From assembly GCF_018350175.1 (NCBI RefSeq), contig NC_058368.1, forward strand, positions 145,082,001 to 145,146,000: a stretch of 64,000 bases of DNA, given 5' to 3'. Both the position numbers and the translations under genes were made by a program. Every line of letters starts with the position of its first letter. The stretch's first letter is position 1. The notes under the pieces are model-generated. The model saw only the letters and a program-made list of their open reading frames with translations, made no database searches and had not been told where the DNA came from. Below, one piece after another: positions 1 through 13,063 of this stretch. The DNA comes from Felis catus. Lineage: Eukaryota.

Positions 1-1926
1 TCCACTTTCCTAGAATAATTCTGGAAGAGTTTTTCTCATAACAAATTCTAGCAATGTCTCTGATCTGTACTCCTTAAGGTATAGGCAGAACAGGAAAGAA
101 AGGCTTCAGAAGAATACAGCCACAGACATAAGGAGACCCAGAACTCTTAACACTACAGAAAGAAGTGGGCAGGCGTTCAAAGGAAAAACTCCAACTCAGG
201 AAAGACACAGGATAATTCTTTCCCTATGATTTTCAGTGGATATAAATGCACGGTAATTATTTTAATTTTTTTGAGGTAATTTTTTTAAAGATCCATATAA
301 GATAATCAGAACTTTATGTTTCCCCCTCACCCCCAGGTCTTAATCTATTTCCTAGCATTGGTTTGAAATATTTAGACACTTACAGCATTTGGTCTTTCAG
401 ACTGTTTATTAATCTCTTTCTTAGGCAACTCTTAAGCATCTATTTTGTGTAAAGTACTGAGAAGCAATGAAATATCATTAAGATCTATTAATGTAGAATC
501 TGTAGCAATAGAGTCAGAGAATGCATCTTTACATCAAGAAAGAGTTTAACTAGTAGCAAAAATAATTCTAAATATCTGATGTTAGAAACAAAAACAATTT
601 TCAAACATCCTGAGAAACTTTACAAATGAACACTTATGCTAATCACCATCAACAGTTAATAAGCTCCTACTATTGTTCTAGGTGTTAGAAAAAAAAAAGA
701 GAGAGAGAGGGAGAGAGATACAAATTTTGCTCTCAGGTAATTTTCAGACTTGTTAATGGGATGAAACATATAATTAAAAATAAGATTGGTAATATAAAGG
801 AGTATATGATGGGTATGCAAGCAACAAAACATAAAGAAACCAGAATAGGAAGAGACCATTATAAGAGACTCTTGACAAAAGGGCTTCAACTGACAGAGGA
901 AATAGCACTTAATCTAGGTATTAAGGGAAATGGGATAAGCAGGAAGAAAAGGAGATTTTAAAGAAAAGGGTAATAGTATGAAAGAATTAGCTGTATTATA
1001 CTCAACAGTGGTAGTCAAAATAAAATTCTCTATGTACCTGAAAGTAATAAAATGGTTTCGTAAGATACTCTATTACTGAGACAGATTTCTACATTTCAAT
1101 ATACAATAGAAAGACTTTACTCCAGTATTATGGAATATAATATAGTAACAATACCAACTTCTATTTATAGTGTTTTATAGCTTATAAAATGCTTTCACAT
1201 ATGAAAGTCATTTATTATTAGCCATTTATAGTAATTTTACTTTATTAAGAATTTTTTCACATAATTCTCTTTTAATTATTTTTTTAGCTTATATTAAAAT
1301 GAGCCTTATTATGACATTTGTAATTTAAAAAATGTTTATCTAGAAGAATGTTTACCTATGGAATCTCCCAAATGAAATGTAGGTTATCATGAAAAGCTTT
1401 AGAATACAAAATTTACTTTCTATTCAAAAACATGAGCAAAAACCCACTTTTTATTTTTTTAATATCAGAAAGTAGAATCTATATTTTTCAAATTTAGATA
1501 ATGTTATTTTTATGCTTCAGCTATATTTGTATCTAAGACAAATATTTAAAATGTATCTCTACATAAGAAGCCAAAAAAGAAAAGCAGGCAGGAGGGACAA
1601 AAAACAAGATAAAACACCACATGAAGCTCTATTAAATTCATCTCCAGATAGTCAATTTCTAATCAATTGCACTAAGAAAGCATTTAGCATTCATGAGTGC
1701 CTAAATCAAAGAAAAGAGAGTGAGCTAAGAAATCCTGACTTCCTTAAGTCCAGATAGAAATAAGCAAACTAACTCCTTAATTTTAGATAAGCAATCATAG
1801 CATAATTAGCAAATTTGAAAATAAAATTTAGGAGATAACTAAAATATTTAGATTCCTGAATTCACATCCCTAAAGAAGAGACACTATGAAACACTGCACA
1901 AAATCTGATTAAGATTAGCTTAACAA

Positions 1927-2151
1927 GGAGCACCTGGATGGCTCAGTCAGTTGAGAATCCAACTTCAGCTCGGGTAATGATCTCATAGTTCTTGAGTTCG
2001 GGCCCCAATGTGGGCTCTGTACTGACAGTTCAGAGCCTGGAGCCTGCTTTGGATTCCATGTCTCGCTCTCTCTCTGCCCCTCCCCTGCTCCTCTCTCTCT
2101 CTCTCTCTCTCTCCCTCTCAAAAATAAACAGTATAAAAAAAAATTTTTTTT
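1927..2151 (+). mobile_element. SINEC (CanSINE)
   Basis: tRNA-like head, (CT)n, A-tail; TSD 1911-1926 / 2152-2167. Confidence 0.93.
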
Positions 2152-2164
2152 AAGATTAGTTCAA

Positions 2165-2775
2165 CAAAAATAAATGTAAAATCCTGTGCTTGAATCAAAA
2201 AACTTGCAGGATTGACAAATATAACTTAATAATAGCTCATGTAAAAAGACAGATTTTAGTTGACTGTAAGTTTATGAATTAATAGCATATTTAACTGCCC
2301 TTCCAAAAGAGCTAATTTTATCTCTAAAGGTTTTAATAAAGTATAGAACTAGAGAGGAGAGGTAATATTCCTAGAAAGATGAGGAAGAAAAAAAAGAAAG
2401 ACAATAATAAACAATGGCTGAAAGTGTCAGTGATGCCTAGCCTGCAAAAAGAAAAGACCCAAATACTTAACTTAATATGTTATTAACTATTAGAGAGATT
2501 GGTCTAATTTCATATGGCTACAAAGGGTGGAACTAAAACCAATGATTCAAGTGAGAGGAAGGCAGATTCTAACTCAATGTAACAAAGTAAACATTAGAGC
2601 TATCCAAAACTGTTAGGGTTTAGGAAAGAACCATTTTGGGAATGGGAAATGTAAGTGTCCAATAAGTAAAGGAACGGGTAAAATATTGGGATACTGAAGA
2701 GGGTTTATTCATTGAACAGAAGTTTGGACTCGATGACCTTTCAAGTTACTTCCCAAGTGCAAGATTATATAATCC
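2165..2775 (+). mobile_element. CR1/L3 LINE relic
   Basis: AAATGTAAAATCCTGTGCTTG...TTAGTTGACTGTAAGTT...AAAAGAGCTAAT, with 3' end TTGGACTCGATGACCTTTCAAG. Confidence 0.5.
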
Positions 2776-2991
2776 TATTGTTACTAAACTATGGCCCAGA
2801 GCAACTGAACAACTTCCAGAACAATAAAACTATTTAGAAGAGTTGAGATTAAGATGTGTCACTCTTAAAGCTTAGACTACTATATCTAGGAAAAATACTG
2901 TATAATATGATTCAACATCATCCTCAAATAAATTTTATTATCCAGGAAATATCATTCTGTGACCAAGTAAAGGACAAAGTGGCAAGCTCAC

Positions 2992-3173
2992 CTGTCAAAG
3001 TTGAACCTAAGGTAACTTCCAGGACAACCACCACTCCCACCACCCAGCTCCAACGTGCAAACATTAAGAAGATAAACTCTGTTTTTCCATAATATACTAC
3101 TGTGTGGTTCCTACAGATCAGCGTGGACCAATACTCCCGTTTCCAAACCAAAAATGTGAGATAAAAGATATGC
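2992..3173 (-). other. Candidate exon of an unidentified minus-strand host gene
   Basis: Acceptor TTTTTCTCATAG| and donor CAG|GTGAGC; not recognisably repeat-derived. Confidence 0.4.
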
Positions 3174-3879
3174 CTATGAGAAAAATCTAGCCCTACCAAT
3201 CAAAAATTACTCAACTGACTCCATGTGCGTTGGTTCAGTGGGTAAAATCAGAGCAAGCAGAGTTCCAATCAATAAACAGAAAGAGGTATATCACCAGACA
3301 ACTCTAAGAGAATATGTAATTTCTAAACCCATTTACTCTTTCCAAATTCCCCCAGATGTTAGCTTAGAGAATTGTTACATCCTATATTAGTTTAATCCTT
3401 TTAACCTAATCCACCCTATAATGAGAAACCATATTTTTTATTCCAAAACAGTTGAAGGGGATAAATTACACTAATATTGACAATTACAAAGCCTGCTAAA
3501 TAGAAAATGTGTTATAATAGGTTCATGGTGTTAAATCAGATTACTATGCCACTGCAATGTTTTCTTGGCATATCAAAATATAATTTATAAATTGTAAGTA
3601 AAATATTTTAGCAAAGGTCTGCCTTCCATAATTGGTTTCCCTAAATGTCTGCAAAACTAAATGTGTTTGAGAGCAGAATGGTCTGCAGATACAAACACTG
3701 TCAAATGCATAATCTCTCCTTGTCTTTAAACAGTTCCCTTCTGATTATCAGAGCGTACAAGAGAAATACCATGAAAGTGCCAAAACAGCAAATTAACCAA
3801 ATTTACAGAGCTTTCAGAAGTTTCTAGTCTCCTTCCCCAAACACACACACATACAAATAATTTTAACCTCTTCTATAGC

Positions 3880-4670
3880 AGAGATTAGTTGCTTCCAGCT
3901 CTCCCATCAGAGTAAGAAACCACATTTTTAGTTGGACGTTTTTGCTCCCCTATTTCCCTTGAAGCTGGGTATGTTCACTTGCCTGAAGATTGGCCAAAGA
4001 GATATGGACTGAAGTTGGAAGACTTATACAAGGAGGTACATTCTTCTAGTTCCTTTATCCTGCTCGCAGCTGGTAAGGAGGATACAAGGGTTCTTAGCCT
4101 CCATCTTGGATCATGGAAAGGAGACTACTTTAGGAATACCAGATGCAATGCACTAAATGTTTGTGTACCCCACCCCCAAAATACATGTGTTGAAACCCTA
4201 ATTCCAATGTGATAGTATCTGGAGGTAGGACCTTGGTGAGTTAGTACAGGAGGGTGGAGTCTTCACAAATGGCATTAGTGCTCTGACAGAAGAGGCCAGA
4301 AAGCTAGCTACTTTCTTTTCATTGTGTGAGGACACAGAGAAGTTGGTAATCTACAGGCATCAAGAGGGTCCTCATCAGAACCAGACCATGCTGGCACTCT
4401 GATCTTGGATTTCTAGCCTCCAAAACTGTATGAAATAAACTTCTGTTCTTCATAAGCTACTCAGTCTATGGTACTTTGTCATAGCAGCCTGAGCTGACTA
4501 AAACACCAGTCAAGAGGTAGAAGGGGCATAGATCCCTTGACAACTTCATGGAACTGCCATTGCAGCCTTCAATTCTCAATCTTCAGACTTCTTTTCTTTG
4601 AGAGGAAATAAATTTTATCATATTATTATTTAGAGTTTTCAATCATATACAACCTAACCAATTCCTAAGG
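3880..4670 (+). mobile_element. Older MaLR LTR (MLT1I/J-like) split by the MLT1A-like LTR
   Basis: GCCTCCATCTTGGATCATG on the left and CTTCATGGAACTGCCATTGCAGCC...GAAATAAA...AACCAATTCCTAA on the right. Confidence 0.55.
4144..4505 (+). mobile_element. MaLR solo LTR (MLT1A-like)
   Basis: TG...CA ends, ACCATGCTGGCACTCTGATCTTGGATTTCTAGCCTCCAAAACTGT, AATAAA, and a 5-bp TSD CCAGA/CCAGT. Confidence 0.85.
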
Positions 4671-4899
4671 AGTAAATGTGCTGACAAGTCAGGCCTCCTG
4701 TCTAGCCTTCCCACCATACTGACTTCCTCACAACTCAACCCAAACCACAGGGTCACAAGTGGTCACTGCACAATCTTTATCTTAGTGTACTTCTTTAATG
4801 TATGTGATTCTGGTGATAACTCCTCCTTTAGACCTAAACCATCAAATCACTTTCTACTCATTCTCCTCCATATCTTAAATCCTTGATTTGCTTTTTTCC

Positions 4900-5910
4900 T
4901 ACAAGCTTTTCTTCCTCTACTTACCCTTCAACTGCTGACATTCCCTAAGTTTACTTCATAGTCCTCTTCTCATTCTACAGGTTTTCCTCAGACTGACTAG
5001 GCCAGTCAATAGAAAAGAGTCAATGCTTTACACTACCCAACTTATATCTCCAATTCACAATTTGGGAAAAGCTCCAGATGGATTTATTCAACTGTTTACT
5101 GGGAAAACCCACCTGATTCTCCCCCTGGCAACTTAAATGCCATATTCCTCTCTCTTCCACTTCTTCAATGACACATATATACATTGTGTCCAAACCAAAA
5201 ACATGATGGTCATTCCTCAGTTCCTTACTCTTGCCTGATATGCAGTCACTAAATATTCTAGATGCTACAGGCTGTGACTCATATCTGTCTCCTTTGGCAA
5301 TCCCCTCACAGCCACTTTCCCACATTACTGTAACTGGTCTTCTTTTCCACCCATCCTCACTCTTCTCCATAGTGAAATGAAAAGATCATTACAAAGTTTT
5401 GAACTATTAAAGTTGCTTCCCTGGTCATGAGTGCATTCTCAGGGAATAAGGGCTAGCCAGATACCTGAATATGGCAAAAGTGGCCTGTTCAGATTTGTTA
5501 ATACCCTCTTCTACAATCTCATCTATGTCAACCCACTTAGCACACCTATATAGAAACCAAATGGAAGAGTTTCCAAATGGGTGGTATTGCTTCACAACTA
5601 CTTGCCTTTGTACAATTCTACTGTGTGGAATTCTCCCCTCCTATTAAACTAGGAAAATGGCTCCTCCTCCTTGAAAAGTTTAATTCAGTATTTCCTAACT
5701 GTGAAACCTTTCCTGACCACCATCTTCTCTCTTAATTTTCCTTCCCTCTGTGACACCACTGTATCTTTGTTATAGAAATTACGCAAATAAATAATTAGCA
5801 CAGAATATTGAATCTAGTTTCTCTTTTAGAATTTGAGACTGGAAAAAAATATTAATCATCTTTGCATTCCTAGTATATCTCTGACACCTGGTAGGCATTA
5901 GTAGAAGGAA
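4900..5910 (+). mobile_element. L2 LINE relic
   Basis: Pyrimidine-rich decayed L2 motifs ending CATCTTTGCATTCCTAGTATATCTCTGACACCTGGTAGGCATTAGTA. Confidence 0.5.
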
Positions 5911-6088
5911 GAAAGGGAGGAAAGAAGGCAGGGAGGGAGGGATGTGAAAGGAAGAGAAAAAAAGAGAAGGGAAAGAAAGAAAAAGGGGAAAAGTCCATCT
6001 GGTTAATCCTCCTAACAACTCAAAAGAGGAAAATTAAGGCCCAGGAAGATTTCAAGATTTATTCATGATAACCCAATAATTAAAATGT

Positions 6089-6320
6089 AGGCTAGCCTGG
6101 GTGGGTCAGTCAGTTGAGCGTCTGACTCTTGGTTTCAGCTCAGGTCATGATCTCACAGTTTCGTGAATCTGAGCCATATGCTGGGCTCTGTGCTGACAGT
6201 GCAGAGCCTGCTTGGGATTCTCTGTCTCCCTCTGTCTTTGCTCTTCCCCTACTCACACCGTCTCTGTCTCTCTGGGGATAAATAAGTAAACTTTAAAATA
6301 AAAATAAAAATTAAAAAATA
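6089..6320 (+). mobile_element. SINEC
   Basis: SINEC head/body with A-rich tail. Confidence 0.88.
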
Positions 6321-6519
6321 AAATGTTGGATAAAAAGTATGACCTCCATCTGTCTCTCAAGTTTAGTTCAGTGTCAGTACAATACACTTCCTTTCAAGTC
6401 TACTCTTTTTCCCCAATATTTCAATACTTTCCACTTTCTGTAAGAATGGCAGGGAATTTATTCATAAATTTAATGTGCCCTAAAAGCATAAAAAGTTGCC
6501 TATCAAACGTCTGGCTTCT

Positions 6520-7670
6520 GTTCTGGCAAGTAAGAAACTTAGAGGTGTTCTAAGATCAAGATCAAGAGTCACATGCTCCATCTTAACAACAAGTTGAACA
6601 AAGAGAAAAATCAACAACTGTGCTGAGATCTCTAAGAGAGAAGAGGTCACAGAGCAAACTACTGCCCCCAAACTGTAGAGATAGGCAGATATACAAAAAT
6701 ACAACTAATCAGAGCAGAAACCCCTGAGTAGGAATCTCTTCAGGAACCAATGTGTGGGTAGGAAACCTGAATTATAACTGACAAATTGCTAGAGGCTCAG
6801 CATGGGCAAGTCTGAGAGACAAACACTCCAGAGAATCCAATCACAGGGAGTGTCCATACGATGGTGAGTTTTATTTCCATGAGCCCAACCTGGTTCTCAC
6901 AGTAAGTATCAGAAAAAAATCCCCTCATGCTTCAAGCATGAGAAGGGGAAAAGCAATCATCTTGAAATACTCTAGAGCATTCTATTTTTCCTTTACTTTT
7001 TTTCTTCTCAGATTTTAAGTAATCTCTTCAATACTCAACGTGGGGCTTGAACTCACAACCCCAAGATCAAGAGTCACATGCTTTCCCGACTCAGCCCAGT
7101 CAGGTGCCCCTATTTTTCTTTAAAGGCTGCTCTCAGGAGAAACTATTTTGCTAGAGCCTAAACTGCTGGAGTTTCATCAGAGCATAACCAACTCGAAGTG
7201 ACATATCCAGCAACCATCTCTAGCCTTCTAAGTGGGGTAAGGGAAACACAGAAGTCCAGTCTCCTCTAGGCATCCTGCACCACCTAAGAGGGGATAATCC
7301 TGAGAACCACTTAGGACATTCAGAGTCCAGAGGCACAGGATCACCAAAAGACCAAGACCTAATCCTAGGACTACAGAATGAATATCTCCACCTCCCTGCC
7401 CCCTTCATACACCTTTCCACTGTGTTACCAAACGCCTATTTAATATAGTTCCTTACACCCAGCACATCATGTCCACCTTTCAACAGAAAGTTACAGGGTA
7501 TACCAAAGGCAAAAAAACACAATTTGAAGAAACTGAACAGCATCAGAACCAAAGTCTGATATGGCAAGAATATTGGAATTATCAGGCCAGAATTTTTTTA
7601 AAAATGGGATTACTATTGCTGAGGGCTTTAATGGAATGGTAGACAACATGCAGAAATGGATAATTAATGT
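6520..7670 (+). mobile_element. Old L1 5'UTR/ORF1 start (L1MC/L1MD-like)
   Basis: CATCAGAACCAAAGTCTGATATGGCAAGAATATTGGAATTATCAG...GGTAGACAACATGCAG resembles the recalled old-L1 ORF1 start. Confidence 0.6.
6995..7110 (-). mobile_element. Short old-type SINEC
   Basis: AAGTAATCTC...GGGGCTTGAACTCACAACCCCAAGATCAAGAGTC...GGTGCCCC, with flanking CTATTTTTC repeat. Confidence 0.85.
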
Positions 7671-7955
7671 AAATTACTTTGATTAAAAGAGGCTTATTTG
7701 GTGTATTTTCTTATTTAATAGTACTTTCTTCTTTTAATAAAATTTATTTCACACTGTTTTTAGTTTATGCTATACAATATAATACTTATCTTTGAAAAGA
7801 TTCCAAAGGTTATGTAATTTAAAGGAAAATTTAATAAAGAATTTCAAGTGTGTGAAAGTAACATTTTAAAAACAAACCCATGTGTTCTATGGACATTCAA
7901 ATATTTCCTAATGATATTATAGAAAAAAAAAGTGTCTATAAAAGGAAATGGTGTA

Positions 7956-8200
7956 GGGGCACCTGGATGGCTCAACCAGCCAGTCCAATGGCATGGGACT
8001 CTCGGTTTGGGCTCAGGTCATGATCTCATGGTTCAAGAGTTTGAGCCCAGCATCAGGCTCTGCCCTGACAGTGCCTGCTGGGGATTATCTGTCACCCTCT
8101 CCCTCTACCCCTCCCCCACTCATGCTGTCTCTGCCTTTCACAAAATAAATAAATAAACTTAAAAAAAAAAAGAAGAAGAAGAAGAAGAAGAAGAAAGAAA
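7956..8200 (+). mobile_element. SINEC with (GAA)n/(GAAA)n tail
   Basis: SINEC body; degenerate TSD AAAGGAAATGGT / GAAAGAAACGGT. Confidence 0.9.
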
Positions 8201-9071
8201 GAAAGAAACGGTCAGGCAGAACTTGACTTTCAAAGGTTGATCTGGCAAATCTACCACATCTGAGAAATGCAAGCCCCTGGCTAGGCTAACTGCCAAAATT
8301 CAAGGTCCTTTTTGTGCAGCTATTGTTAAACATTCCCCTACAGTTCCCTGTTCAACCATCTAGTCTCCAACTTATTCTACCCTGCTCTTGTAAGGCCAAT
8401 TTGACACCATCCCAATAATATTCCACCTTCCTTAACTGCCATCCTTCCTTTTCTAGGTGCCAAAATTCTCCACCTCTAGAATGATCTTTCATATATCTGT
8501 CTCCAGGTACAATTACTTCACCCATTTCCCTAACTTGCATAAGCCCCTGTCTCCTTCCTGTCACAGCTGCAGAGGTCACTCATTCTCTCATTGCCACTAC
8601 CACAGAGTGACAAAACATCCTCTCACTGCCAATGGGGCTTGGAGAAGAAATGGAAACACTCCCTGCTGTATTTAGGGGTATGGAAGTCAGGAAAAAGGCG
8701 GGGGGGGGGGGGGCATTCTTCTGGTTATTAGAATTGCTTGTATACCTAAATAGACTCTCTAAATTTTAGATTTACAGTTGGAACTCATATCCCCAAGACA
8801 ATAGGAAACCATAATATTGTTAGTTCTGTAATTCAGCCATATTATGGGAACCACTGGGAATGTAATTACAATTTTCTCTTTAGGGATATTTCTCTGTACC
8901 AAACAAGACAATTTACAGACCACATTTTGAAAGACAACCTACTTAAAACACTGGGAGCAACATGTTGAGTTACTTATTCATATTTTCCTATACTACTAAA
9001 TAAAAACTATGGAGAGATAAAACTGTAAGCGGCTGAAGAGCAGGAGCCTCGCATATCTTGTTTCAGATTTT

Positions 9072-9277
9072 TTTTTTAACGTGCATTTATTTCTGAGACA
9101 GAGAGAGACAGAGCATGAACAGGGGAGGGTCAGAGAGAGGGAGACACAGAATCTGAAACAGGCTCCGGGCTCTGAGCTGTCAGCACAGAGCCCGACGCGG
9201 GGCTCAAACTCGCAGACCGCGAAATCATGACCTGAGCCGAAGTCAGCCGCTTAACCGACTGAGCCACCCAGGCACCC
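9072..9277 (-). mobile_element. SINEC (felid)
   Basis: TSD CTTGTTTCAGATTTT at 9057-9071 / 9278-9292. Confidence 0.95.
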
Positions 9278-10160
9278 CTTGTTTCAGATTTTATACTACA
9301 CTCAGCATTGGCCACACTTTAAGCACTTAACAAATATCTGGAGAAAAAAGGTGGGGGTAGGTTGGGGATGAAGAAAAGCCCAACATCCCCAAGAGAACCC
9401 ATCCATGATGAACTTGTGCCTATGATTACCTAAGGGAGAATGCAGGATATTTCAGAGATCTAGAAGAAAGGAACCTTCTTCATCCTTCAGGTTACATGAC
9501 ATAAGTAAGGACTCCTTTTTGAATAATCCTAACTTATCCATGGGTTAAAATCCTATCCTCCCAGGACAGACTGTCAAAAATTACATCTGTCCAGTTGAAA
9601 CTTGAGATGTTAAGTCATCTTTCACTGGGAGCACTACAAAATAAAGTGATAAATGCTTTCAATTTTAACCACTCAGAAAAATAAAGTGGAAGGTTGATGA
9701 CATTTTTCTATATAAAATTTAGGAGCAAGGGAGAAAGAAGTCTAGCTACAGTAGAAAACTTCTTCAGATTAAATTATTCAGAGTGATTGTTTTTTGGTTC
9801 CACTTGTTACTTTATTCACTCAAACAGTTATATTCTTAGGTGCGTTTTTATTATAAGAGACTATGACAGCTTTATTGGAATTTACAACCTAATGTTTATT
9901 TACATAGAATGTTTCATTAACATTGCTTGCCTGATCTTCTATTTTAATTAGATTAACATCATTTGAAATAAAACCAGTTTCAAGAAATAAAGCAAAAAAG
10001 GTAAATATGATAGTTAACAATCATGATTACTGGCCCAAATATTTTTAATCTTATTGTCTCTCAAAGGACCTAGGAAAAGATTTTGAAGAAGAAAGAGAAG
10101 CAAGATCTAAGGTCCCAGGGCTGCTATCTATTTTTTCTGGAGACCACTAAAAACTTTTTA

Positions 10161-10397
10161 TGTTTTAAATTTATTTTGAGAAAAAATAAATAAATAAATA
10201 AATAAATTTATTTTGAGACAGAGTGAGAGCACATGTGAACAGGGGAGGGGCAGAGAGAGAGGTAGAGAGAATCCCAAGCAGGCTCCCACTGTCAGCACAC
10301 AGCCCAATGCAGGGCTTGAACCCACAAACTGGGAGATCATTACCCAAGCCAAAATCAAGAGTCAGATACTGAACTGACTGAGCCACGCAGGTTCTCT
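10161..10397 (-). mobile_element. SINEC
   Basis: TSD GACCACTAAAAACTTTTTA at 10142-10160 / 10398-10416. Confidence 0.93.
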
Positions 10398-10641
10398 GAC
10401 CACTAAAAACTTTTTAAGAAGAAATAAAGTTCTCAAAATAGGCAACATAAAAACTGAGTTATAATATTATATTGTTATAAGTATAAATCCCTTATATCCA
10501 GTAATAATTACTCAAATATCCAAATGATATAGTAAGAGGCTAGAATAAATGTATCAAATGAACAAATATTAACATTACAAAAATATAACCATAATTATTT
10601 GCCCCACAAGTAAAATTATTTATCTAAAAATATTATCTACA

Positions 10642-10857
10642 CGGGGTGCCTGGGTGGCTCAGTGGGTTGAACATCCGACTTTGGCTCAGGTCAGGATCTC
10701 ACAGTTCGTGAGTTCGAGCCCTGCATCGGGCTCTGTGCTGACACCTCAGAGCCTGGAGCCTGTTTTGGATTCTGTCTCCCTCTCTCTTCCCCTTCCCCGC
10801 TCATGCTCTGTCTCTCTCTGTCTCTCAAAACTGAATAAAGTTAAAAAAATTTTTTTA
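10642..10857 (+). mobile_element. SINEC (felid)
   Basis: TSD AAATATTATCTA. Confidence 0.93.
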
Positions 10858-11095
10858 AATATTATCTATATATTCTTCTGAAAAAGAAGTTCTTCACACT
10901 GTGTTTTATATCCCAACAGATATTTACTTTAAATTTCTTTTTCCAGACACCATTCTCTCCTCAAAAGTTTAAAATGATACCAGGAAATTGATATGTCTAT
11001 TTAAAATAATGACTATGACTAGCAATGTATTATGAATGAACTACAGAGATAAATACACATGAAGTAAAAGGTTTTAAATATAAAATACCAACCAT

Positions 11096-11310
11096 GGGAT
11101 ACCTGGGTGGCTCAGTCAGTTAAGCACCCAACTTCAGCTCAGGTCACAATCTCCATCCACATTTCATGAGTTCCAGCCCCTCCAGCAGCCAGGAGCCTAC
11201 TTCAGATTCTGTGTCTCCCTCTCTCTCTGCCCCCTCCCCTGGTCATGCTCTGTTTCCTTCTCTTCCTCCCTCTCTCTCTCAAAAATAAATAAACATTAAA
11301 AAAAATTTTT
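11096..11310 (+). mobile_element. SINEC
   Basis: SINEC head, internally deleted body, (CT)n, A-tail. Confidence 0.88.
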
Positions 11311-11731
11311 AACTGCACAGGTTTTTGCCAAGTTCCAGTAAATTAATAAATGCCAAACTCCATAGTGCAACTTGTAAAAAAATGTAATAGCCAATGGTTG
11401 ACAGGAGGATCTAACAAACCTTTACAACTTTAGTCTGCCAGGAGTAAGTTCAATGAATAATATAGCAAAAAGAGCATCGGCACATAATTTAAGCTTCTAG
11501 GATTTGGCAAAAGAATTCTGCTTAAATAGGTTTAGGTACTTTGATTGACATTGGCATCCCTTAGTTTAACTAACTAAGCTAACATAACACTTCGTTAGTT
11601 ACAGAGTCCTTATTCATGACACATTATTAAATTGAGACTAAGATTCAAGATCAAAACAGGAAAAATACCGCAACAGTGCAAATAAATAATTGTTAGTATA
11701 ATGATGTAAGATGTAATGTTGGTCTTCTTAC

Positions 11732-11804
11732 TTCATGTTCAATGAAACTGCTCTGGACAGTCATTCTTCGACTCCCACATCGTAAAAAAAAAAAAAAAAA
11801 TCCA
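11732..11804 (-). other. Candidate exon of an unidentified minus-strand host gene
   Basis: Acceptor GGTTTTTTTCAG| and donor GAA|GTAAGA. Confidence 0.3.
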
Positions 11805-12876
11805 CTGAAAAAAACCACTAAGAACTCCCAGGCAGCTCTCTGGTGCCACTAGTTTTGCCTAAAATGATTATCCTACCATCACAGATTTACACTCCCTCAA
11901 TAACTTTGGTCTTTGAAACAACCCCCCACAGTCCTGTCTATGCCTAACTCCCTCTCCATGAAAGAAGTGGCCAGGGAAAAACAGGCCTCGGCAAGCATCT
12001 TTCTGTTCCACTGGGTTACCTCTACGCAAGATATGTGCAAAACACGAAGCCAAAAACTGATTAATCCAATGGGTCAGTAAAAAAATGAGAATACGTAAAT
12101 GAGTAAAAATAAGAGTGAGTTTAAAAAGAAGAGTAGTAAGTAGGTTTTTTTCCCTACTGTTACTTTCCAATCCACTGGATCCTCACTGAAGACTTAAAAA
12201 CAAGTTTAGAAAAATGAATTACAGACAAATTTATGGAAAGAACTGCAACAAAAACAATATAAATTTCTCAGAGATCGTATCTTGTGTACAAAATTGAACT
12301 ATCTAGTAACTATCACTTGGGGTCGCTGTGACAATTGCATATCATCTACATAAAGTGCAAAGCACAGTGCCTGGCACATTATGGTTAAAATACTAACGAT
12401 TATTATTGTGGGTAAGTACTTTGGATATACTGAGAGACAGATAAACGTGACCACATTATGAAAATATAGTTCATTCTCCTTCAAGGAAGCCTTAAGGCAG
12501 AAATATAACCTGCCAAGATGTAAAAGCCTTCAAGATTTCTCAAGTTTAGGAATATTATGGGGTTAATTCAATTGGCCTGCCTACTTCAATCCAGTAGCAC
12601 CTTCAGCTGTGGAACTATAAGGGCACAAACAAAATATCTCATGCATGAGAAGAAAGGAAAATTCTTCCATAGATGAAGCTCTACTATAGTCCCAGGCAAA
12701 GCTGGGTTCAGGATTTCAGAATTCCTCAGCTTCTGTGTGTCCACGCTGCTAAACCTCCTACCCTCAGCCTCACAACCTTATACATGAAACCAGACAAAGC
12801 CAGAGGGATAGTTTAGAAAAAAAATAATTCCTGGATTAATCAAGAAAGGAGGTATTCTAGAGAAATACTGAACACA

Positions 12877-13063
12877 GGGCACCTGGGTGGTTCAGTGTGT
12901 TAAGCATCCAACTCTTGATTTCAGTTCAGGTCCTCATCACAGGGTCATGGGATCAAGCCTCATGTTAGACTCTGCACTAGGCATGGAACTTGCTTAAGAT
13001 TATCCTTCTGCTCTCCTCACTCCCTCACTCGTGCTCTCTCTCTCTCTAAAAACAAAACAAAAC
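12877..13063 (+). mobile_element. SINEC (older)
   Basis: SINEC body; TSD ACTGAACAC. Confidence 0.88.

Noticed and set aside
1030..1056. Recursive-splice-like TTTCAG|GTACAT on the minus strand
   Set aside because: The donor half is weak and such motifs are common by chance.
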